From: Eledone cirrhosa
Taxonomy: Eukaryota
NCBI GenBank assembly: GCA_964016885.1
Contig: OZ024741.1
Coordinates: 315,766,001 to 315,830,000, forward strand
Length of the DNA: 64,000 nucleotides
Reading direction: 5' to 3'
Of the stretch, positions 54,763 to 64,000 are shown piece by piece. Position 1 is the stretch's first letter, and each line of letters opens with the position of its first letter. The position numbers and the translations under genes are program-made. The notes under the pieces were generated by a model. It made no database searches, was not told where the DNA came from, and saw nothing but the letters and a program-made list of their open reading frames with translations.

Positions 54763-55845
54763 CTGTTTCTACGTTAGGCACAAGGCCAGCAAATTATCCA
54801 GTACATTACTGGTACTTTATTTTATCGAGCCCGTAAGGATGAAAGGCAAAGTTAACCTCGATAATAATAACAATAATAATGTTAACTGATTCAACTTTAA
54901 TAGAGAAGAACAACACCACAACTACCACCATCACCACCACCACTACTACCACCACCACAACCCCCACCACCACAGCTACCAACACCACCACCACCGCTTC
55001 CAACAACAACAACAGCAAAAACAACTCTAACAGATGCAATTTAAATTAAGTGCTACTGGTTGGTTTGAAGTGGCCCTAAATATATTCTGGAATAAAATTT
55101 ATGGCAAATTAAGATTGAGAGACTTGAGGGGTAACAAAATCACTTCGTAGAACCGGATGTGAATACCTAACAAATATTTCCGCTTTCGTGAAATAATAAT
55201 TATTTCTTTGTTTTTAATTTTGTTTTTATTTAAAAGCAAAAAAAACAAACAATTGAGTGGAGTGGCAGCTAGAGTCATCTTATCGAGTCCAGATTCATTT
55301 CTCATCCAAATATGCCAATAAATATAATGTAGAGGAGTACAGCAGAAGAAAGTCATTTTGCAATTAACATGCTTCACAGCATAGAGTTGCGGCCCTTTAC
55401 GTTCTTACTTCTAATCCCGCCGAGGCTAGCTTTGCCTTTCATCCTCACGGGGTTGATAAAATAGAGTACCAGTAACACACTGGGGTCGATTAAATCGACT
55501 TTCCCTTTTCCAAAAATTGTTGGTCTTGGACCTACAGTATCGGTAGAGGGTCGGACGCCATGCTTTCCAGCATAGTTACGTCCCTTTACGATCTGAGTTC
55601 AAATCCCGCCGAGGTTGACTTTGTCTTTCATCCTTACGGGGTCGATAAAATAAAGTACCAGTAATGCACTGGGTAATTGCTGGCCTTGTGACTAAAGTAG
55701 AAACAATTATTAACATCGTATATATATATAGACGGTCTCTCTAACTTTTCCGAAGCGCTGGGGTGGGTCAATTTAATCGATTTTTCCCTTCCTACAAATT
55801 GCTGGCCTTGTGCCTATAGTAGAAATCATTATTGTTATTATTATT
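54763..55845. mobile_element. Main SINE copies (54763-54860 -, then 55370-55535, 55536-55710 and 55757-55845 +)
   Basis: Family consensus. Confidence 0.8.
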
Positions 55846-58479
55846 AGTTTCACATACTTTTACTCTGTAAAATGTGTTTTCATTTGTTTATATAACGTCT
55901 CTTGTTAAAAGTTTTATTATAAACTGTAAATAGGGCACCATACATTGCTCTCAGAAAAGACAGCCCCTTACTATTCGGAACACATTACGTCCACAAAATT
56001 ATTTTTAATAGACTCATGGCGAAAGGCAGTCCCTACAAGATAAGCCTACTACATCCACCTGCCGTGATGGAAAACCAGCTTCGTCATACTGTGATGTACC
56101 CTATAATTGGAGTAAAATTATGACGTGTGGGATGTGCCACCGCGTCCCAATTTCAAAACGCATTGGGTTGCATATAGAGGTGCGAAATCCATATCGCTTG
56201 AGGCAAACGATTTTGGACGGTAGTCGTGTTTTTCAGAAACCCACAAGAAGCTAACGTTAGTACCGTATTATTGTGGCCAAATTTATCATAAAATTATGAT
56301 GAAAGACTTATTTTTTGTTTTTCAGATAAAATATAAACATCTTAACGCTCGCAGTTTTATATTGTAAAAACATTGGTGGTTACATATAATTTGGTATCAA
56401 AAGTGTTAAAGAAAACTTCAAACAACTGATCTAGTAAAACACGTTCGATAAGAAGCTTTAAAAATAAGTGATCGCTTCTTTAACTAGAGTTCTGTATGTC
56501 AAAGTAATACTAGAATATTCTATCAGTTCAGGGGGCGGAGAAATATACCCCCACCACTACTAACAGCAAACATTCAATCCCACGGAGAATATGTATAGTC
56601 TAAATACAAACGCAATACATGTGCTACAATGAATAAGAAAGTAGAAGAAGGAAAATAAAGGCACTATATAGGGAGGATATACAGAATGAAATTATCGAAC
56701 ACAATAAAGATGGTACAATTATAACAACTATAGCACTGTGTAACTCATGGCAGGGTTTACAAACACAATCATGACTGCTAGCAACTAAAAAAGCGTCCCG
56801 GAAATTTATAACTTTTCAGATGTTTACACATATATACATGTAAAAAGGTATTGGCAAATTGAACAGTTAGTTATTGAAGATAGCAACTAGAGAAATCTGA
56901 ACATGGCGTGGTAGGGATTGATTGTCAAAAAAGTCTTTGATAGCACGCCTACTATATACTTTTATATGTTGAAAAACATTATACATGAATATACAAAGCA
57001 GATACAATACTAAGATAGCGATCAACCATGCCATGTCACAATGGAAAACATCAATAATATTGTAAGAAAAACATGAAGGTAATAAAAATAAAAACACCCC
57101 TTTTCTCGTTAAGAAAACTATTTATCTTTCTTTTTTCCAGTAGTCACTCTACTTCCTTACCACCTTTCTGATTGTTGAATGAAACCCGTTACAGTTACAA
57201 AGGCTGTAAGCAAACTATAAATCTTCTCTTTTATATTGATTTTATAAAGCTATATACAAAGGCTTATACCTTGTTGAGCCCCTACTGAAGATATATTAGA
57301 AGTGATATGAAACGAAGGAGTTTGAAGACAGTAAAATTCTAAATATTATCCCTTTTGTTACTATATTTCTTTTGAAATGCACTAATGATTTTCAAATCAT
57401 TTTGAAATTAATCAAGAATTAAGAAGAGGAAAAACTTTCTTGTTAAGCTAGTGTTTTGGGATGTAACAAAACATCTTATATAAAAATTATAAAATCTGTT
57501 TTAAAATATAAAGCTTCATATCTTAGAACCAAGGTCGGTATCAAATGGCTAAGTTAAATTTAAACACTGACATCAAAGAACTAGAGCAGAGCACAACAAA
57601 CAAACATTAAAAAATATTTGATAAAAAACAAAACAAACACGAAATTAAAAATGAAAAGATGAAATTAGAGTGAGATCACAGCAAAAGTGTAAACCATTAT
57701 TTAAAAAAGAAAAGAAAAGAAAAGAAAAAAGATTCAATGCTTAAAATAACATTATAGTTAGAACCGGCATCTGGGTATTTCGCGCTTAGACTAATTCTAC
57801 AATGAGCATCCCATTCTCCCAGTTATGTGCCTCATTTCAAAATTAATTTCAACTTACAATTTAGCAAACTGACAAACCTAGATTTCAACACTTTTTGCTC
57901 TAACTGCACTAAGAATATTACTAAGTCTGCATTTCCCACTACATTGTCCACATGCACCCACACCAAATCATGTAACAGATCAAAAACCATATGACCCTCT
58001 CCACGGTTTACAATATTTTCACAACGCTGCTACGCCGTAAAGAGGTTTGCTGATATATTGATCACAGAAACTTATATATTTATTACAAATTCGTAAAAAA
58101 TACTGCGAGTTTTTAATGTTCAGTAATGTGCATCTGCGACGTTTGCGCCTTTGGCAGTTGCCTCGTTAGACTTAATGGTAGCATTGGCTCTGATTATTGC
58201 TGTAACTACACTAGCCAGGTTAGTCATAAACAATATAATTCCGACATAATACATTGGAAGTTATGTGAACTGAAGCGCTTAGATAAGAAAGAAACCATTA
58301 AACTACTTTCAGCATGCCGAACACATCATCGTAGAAAGGATAAGGTCTAGCAATATATACATACTATCGTAGTAAATATAATATATAGCAAACAACCAAC
58401 ATATATACCATCGTAGTAAGAATAAGATACAGTAACCCACCAACGATCACAAGGTAAAATACCACACATATACAGAGCT

Positions 58480-58885
58480 ATAACTGAGGCACCACATGAC
58501 GACAGCTACTACTGAGGCACCAAACGGTGGAGCTATTAGAGACACCAAATAGGGGTGAAAGCTATTACTGAGGCAGCAAATAGGGGTGAAAGCTATTACT
58601 GAGGCACCAAATAGGGGTGAAAGCTATTACTGAGGCACCACATAGCGGCAGTTACTACTGGGGAACCACATGGGGGAAACTATTACTGAGGCTCCACATG
58701 GTGAAGCTATTTGAGGCACTACAAGGGGGAAGCTATTACTGAGGGGCCACATGGTGACGCTATTTGTGACACCATATATAGGGGAGGAATTAGAGGCACC
58801 ATGTGGGAGAAGCTATCACTGAGGCTCCACATGGTGGAGCTATATGAGGCACCACATGGGGGTAGCTATTACTGAGCCGCCACAA
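58480..58885. repeat. Degenerate minisatellite of about 28-31 bp
   Basis: GCTATTACTGAGGCACCA(A/C)ATAGGGGTGAAA and variants, about 14 copies. Confidence 0.85.
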
Positions 58886-59394
58886 TTAGACTAAAAAATA
58901 CTTTAAAATCTAACAAAAGTTAAGAGGATTTGTATAATAGGTGAATATAAAAACAAAAGTTTTTCTGTCTCTCAATGTGCACACTTACACAGACACGGAA
59001 ACATACACGAAAACAAAGTATGAACTAGAAGCTAGAAGTTGATTACAGAGGAGGAAAAGATCTAGATAAGGAAGAAGGCAACAGAAAATAGGGAGATAAA
59101 ACGGTAATGGTTTTGAAAAAAAAAGGTGAGAAAATAAAAACTATAAAAATATACGCAAATTGAGAGAGAAATGATGTAACAAAATTTGAGGTCGGGGAAC
59201 CTTTTTCTTGTCAGTTTACTATATCACTAAACTGAGAAATAGTGAGTTAATAAGGAACCCAACATTAACGCAGGCGTCTTCAAAGTGGTTGATATCAACA
59301 TACAGGTGTTGATATGACCTCTTCGGAAGTCAAGGGAACTTTGCGGCCAAAATCTGACATGTGTAAACGAAATGAAATATATAATATATATAAA

Positions 59395-60570
59395 ATAATT
59401 GTTTCTACTTTTAGCACAAGGTCAGCAATTTCCCCAGTGCATTACTGGTGCTTTATTTTATCGACTCCGTAAGAATGAAAAGCAAAGTTAACCTCGGCGG
59501 GATTTAAACGCAGAAGGTAAAGGGCCATAACTCTATGCTGCAAAGCATGGTGTCTGAAATATATATAAAATAATACTACAAAATACAACTTGCTTATACA
59601 GGTTTTTAGTTAATTAGCCTTTATTGTCTAATTATAGATTAGGGGCCCCAAAGTGGTTGATACCGATCCCCAGGTGTTGATGCAATTTCTCAGGAGCTGA
59701 TGTGACTACCCAGACTTCGGTTGAACTTCTGTGCCCCAAATTAGCATTTGAGATGAAAATATATAAAATAATGAGTATTAATTTATACAAAAGATCAGCA
59801 TTTTTCTTTAGGGGTGGGGCTTGACTATATCGACCTCTGAACATGATTGGTACTTTATTTTATGAACTTTGGAAGAATGAAAGGCAAGGTTAACTTAGAA
59901 CATAAAGTGTCAGTAGAAATACCACAAACCATTTTATCTGATATTCTAACGATTCCGCCACTACATAATGCGATAAAAACATTTGTTTATAGAGGCTGCT
60001 GTTTTATATAATATTTATTGGCTATTTTATATTTCTGGTAAAGATGAAAAGCAAATATCCTCTCGGCAGCATTTGAACTCAGAGTGCAGTTTACTGGAAC
60101 AAATACCAAGGCACTTTTAAGCTGACGCCCGAACGAGTCTGCCAATTCGCCGCTTTATTACTGGAAAAAAAACTCAATTACATAATTCAGAAGGGTGACA
60201 TTCATAATTGTAGTAAGAAAACAAACTGTATTGTGAGTAAATATTATGTACAAAATAGATTATGCTGTTCCAATTGTTTTGTTTTTACCTGTGACAGAAA
60301 TCGGTTGCCCACTGAATGTATTACCATATAATTCAACTTGTTGTGACAAGTTTTCTAGTGCTGCAATTAACTATGGAACAAATTCGGAAACATAATCGAT
60401 ATCTCTAACATAATGGTTTCTAATTTTGGTTTAAGGCCAGCAAAGTGTATTGTTTTTAGCGATGGGGGAGTCGATTAAATGAGCCTTTTTATCAACCTCC
60501 GAACGATGAAATACAAAGTTAGCTTGGCGGGATTTGACCTCAGAACATTGAGAGTCGAATCAAATAGTAC
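59395..60570 (-). mobile_element. Main SINE and older related SINE copies (about 59395, 59810, 60020, 60410)
   Basis: Variants of the central domain GATGAAA.GCAA.GTTAACCTCGGC. Confidence 0.7.
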
Positions 60571-61469
60571 CAGAGCCACATTTAAGTGTTACGCTTTCAA
60601 CAACACTAAGTAAGGAACGAAATCGATATCTTGAACATATTGAAACACATTCCAGTGTTCCACAATCAACAAGCTCGTCTGTTTTTCACAGGTTTTAGTC
60701 ATTAGACTGAGGCCATGCTGGGGTATCGCATGATCCTATCAAACCAAGTACGTATTTTTTCTAGTCTGGTACTTATTTTATCCATCTCTTTTTGCCGAAT
60801 CACTGGGTTACAGGACACGAACAGTTAACGTAAACACACGCACACATACACATACACGCACACACACACATATATACATGATGACTGCAAACTCTGCTAA
60901 GAGTACTGCAATTGCTTGTCAGATTATAGAAAATGGTGCACTTTTAGGCTACGGCCACTCACACAAACCTGTAACATATCCTGAACAAGCAATGTATGTG
61001 CTTTGAAGGTGTTTTTAAGTGGGGAAAGGCTTTGCACTGGACCAATCGCAGTCTCTGAGCATCGAAAACACTACCCGAAAAGGAGAACTGGTCAACATCA
61101 TCGGATGCTTCCGAAGCAGCAGGATTTTTCAGAGTTTCTTAGAAAGGTCTTGTGACAACAACTGGGGGCCTTTCACTCCCAGGTAAAAAAAGAAAAGTAC
61201 TATTTGGATGGCCGTTGACTCTGTTGAGTTCCTCCCCCTCTGTCGGGTCCTATATTTCATCCCACAGGGTGTCCAAATATCACCCTCCCCACCAAGCAAG
61301 TTTGGTGGGGTGCCGGTTTAGTCACCGACGATCCGACCATGAGACAGGTTGTACTGGGTTACATGTTGCCAGTAGCACTCGAGAGCGACCTGACATACAT
61401 ACATACATCCTCGATAATAAACACATTAAAAGCTACAGCAATGTAGAAGACATACATATACATAATATG

Positions 61470-61845
61470 AAAGAGTACTGGTGGAATGTTCCAGTAAAAA
61501 CCCAATAAAATGCAAGCATAACAGTCCAAATATAATGATATGGGACAGGGAAAAAAAGGCATGCATAGCAGATGCCAATATAATATCAAAGATTAGCGAA
61601 ATGGAGAATATTTATGCAGAACTAATGAGAAATATGCAGATACTCCACCCTGACTATATCTTCAGATTTATGCCTGTGATTATTGGGGCACTGGGATATT
61701 TTAGTAACTGCCTCAATACAAGTCTTGAGAAACTGGGCTTCACAGAAACAGAAAAAAACACAACTAGTTAGGATATTATAAGTACAATCCATTAAAGGAA
61801 CAGCAAAAATATGTATGACATTCCAAAAATTCTGCATCTAATAAC
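61470..61845 (+). mobile_element. R4/Dong-like LINE RLE-endonuclease fragment
   Basis: YWWN..I..KHNSPNIMIWDREKK..Y.EL..PVIIGALG. Confidence 0.7.
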
Positions 61846-62407
61846 TGCATATAGACATGTAGAGATACAAAACATACAACTCAAAACATACACATCCACA
61901 CATATAATAACATCCATACCTGCAAACACATGCATGCATGCAAACATACATACATATCTACCTAGTTGATGTTGTGTAAATTCCAATGAGCGAGTCTTGT
62001 AACTATATTAGAAACCGACTCTCTCTCTCTATTGGCAAATATTTGTGAAATTATAAAACCAGAAGAACATACATACATACATAAAAATTTGAGAAATTAT
62101 AAAACAGAAGAACATACATACATTCATACATACACACATACATACGAAGGGGTCTCAAAGATTCTGTCTATCAAATTTCTCTCACGAAGCATTTGTGAAC
62201 ACGAAGTTATAGAAAAAGTTATTTGTCTAAGATATACGCAGTGGGATTGAACCGGAAACCATGTGGGTGACAAGCGAACTCCTTAACGATACAGAAGTAA
62301 TCAAATTCTTTAACATAATGAAACAATGTTTTTGAATATCCATATATTTATAGCGCGTGATGTATTTGCTTTGCAAGGTTTTTGATATGAAATCGTGTTG
62401 AAACAGA

Positions 62408-62570
62408 TATTGTTAGTTTGGGGAGGGTCATGATGTCCTAATAGTGAGTGTGTTTTACTATTTTTGGCAACGTTTGGTTTGGTTTTCGCTTCAGTATATT
62501 TTTTAATAAATAATTTATCTGGCAATCAATATTAGGACAACATGACCCTCCCCAAATATAACAACATATA
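62408..62570. mobile_element. Small MITE-like inverted repeat
   Basis: TTTGGGGAGGGTCATGATGTCCTAATA / TATTAGGACAACATGACCCTCCCCAAA. Confidence 0.6.
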
Positions 62571-62649
62571 TTTATGCCTGCAGATATAATTGAGAACAAA
62601 GAAATAATTGTTTTAAGAAGCGTTGAACGAATTTGAATATTGAAGTATG

Positions 62650-64000
62650 TTAGATTATTTTCAGCTGCTACTACGTACGTTTTATTATAAAATGCTCGAA
62701 CAGACAGGAAAAAGTCTGTCTTACTTTAATGTATTGATAATACAGCTGTTCCGCAAGCGGTAGATTAATTTCGATACCCACAGGCGACTGTTCGGGTTTT
62801 CCCTCTCCAAGGGAAACTTGTAGCAGCTTTCTACAGTTCGCTCTCTTCAGCTTGACGAGCAGCGAGCCTCGGCTAGTCGCCGAATGCACAAGTTGCCACG
62901 AGAGAAGGTGTCGCAATGTGTAGCATCGCAGACGAAGGACCTACCACCGCAGAACGGGAGGATTCTTATGCCATCTCACCTTTTACCATTCCTGTGGTCC
63001 AGCTCCGCTGTCTTGAGCTGGGACGAGTTCAGAGTATTTCCGCAGCCACGTTTCGAGGTCAAGTCTCGGAGAAACACGAATGCATAAACTGTCTCTATTC
63101 AGCTGAGTGCCGGGAGGCCGAACGAAAATATGCCAGACGGTGCTGGTGAAGCCAGTGGACCAGTTTGTCGCTGGTCCTGTTGCACAGGATGGCGTCCCAT
63201 TTGTTTTGGTAGACTGAACGTCTAAGGAGGGGTGAGGGGGGTGGATGTCCCATAAGCTGCCTCGCAATAGGTTCTGTTGAGTTATGGAGAACCTTATGGA
63301 TGAAAATACGGCAAAGGTTACCGACGAAACAAATGCCGGTAAAACCTGTGAGACTAGACCGGAGACGGTAAGATGACTTGTTGCCATCCGGTGTCATCAA
63401 ACTAGAGGGCGCATATCTCATCAACAAGCCGTCGAATACAAGCGTCAAGGTCTGTAAGGAGAGATGCGTGGTTGTAGCAAGAGACACTGTGAAAACTATA
63501 TAGAAGATCCTTCATAAAAAAGCAGTTCCTCAACAGAAAGATGGCATCGATCAGATTCAGTCTGCTCGTCAGAGTTTTAAGCTTACGAAGCCTGTACCTG
63601 CGGTTTGAACGAAGGCGAGAGGATAATTAAACTGAATATAAGTACGTCTTCTTTAGCGGTCACCTTCATCCGATGGTGTAATTATTTCACCATCGAAAAG
63701 TTGGCAGCGTGGGCTGGACCCACAGTGTCGTAATTGACGATCACGACATCCGACTTCGACGAGTTAATTGTGAGATCAATCCATGCCAGAGCGGAAACTA
63801 GTGACAGGAGATTCTGGCAGACACTCTCTATGGGCCAGCCCATCATCGCATCGTCCAGGTAACAGATGTTGAGAGGAGGCGTGATGCTCCGTGCAACGTT
63901 GTCTACCCGGAGAGCGAAAAGGAGGGAGCCCAACGGGTCACTGTGTTATTGATAATGCTGCCGTTATCACCGTTGGTTGTGAAGGTGTATTTGATGTTGT
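62650..64000 (-). mobile_element. Decayed non-LTR retrotransposon RT region, possibly CRE-like
   Basis: DPLGSLLFAL...LNICYLDD...LTINSSKS; GC-richer block running off the window. Confidence 0.55.

Noticed and set aside
58480-58885. CRISPR-like repeat with variable intervals
   Set aside because: The variable parts are short, mutually related variants of one minisatellite unit
61270-61395. HDV-like ribozyme at a LINE 5'-like GC-rich block (also considered 9460-9660 and 11840-12060)
   Set aside because: Hairpins are present, but I could not assemble the nested double pseudoknot by eye; it needs a descriptor search

Overview
Repeat-saturated, AT-rich eukaryotic (animal) DNA with no host gene I can confidently identify. 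The SINE family and the extreme (TA)n/(CA)n/(GA)n microsatellite load suggest an octopod cephalopod; this is inference only. Most ORF-track entries are microsatellite or antisense artefacts. Recognisable elements: a near-full-length Tx1/L1-type LINE (1-4975) plus two 3' fragments; R4/Dong-like, RTE-like and CRE-like LINE remnants; an internally deleted mariner; a full-length decayed Charlie/Buster-type hAT; a non-autonomous Helitron; several MITEs; about 19 copies of a tRNA-derived SINE; minisatellites; and a Penelope-like (GIY-YIG) retroelement remnant with an inverted terminal repeat. The main result is about 12 intact or single-mutation minimal type I hammerhead ribozyme motifs (stem I-CUGANGA-stem II-GAAA-short, mostly palindromic, stem III-NUH-stem I') from about six sequence families, plus several decayed ones. 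They sit in small non-coding elements that are either tandem (453-nt retrozyme-like unit) or long fold-back palindromes carrying one ribozyme per strand. These elements sit in or beside TA microsatellites and nest inside each other. All folds were done by eye, and catalytic activity is untested.
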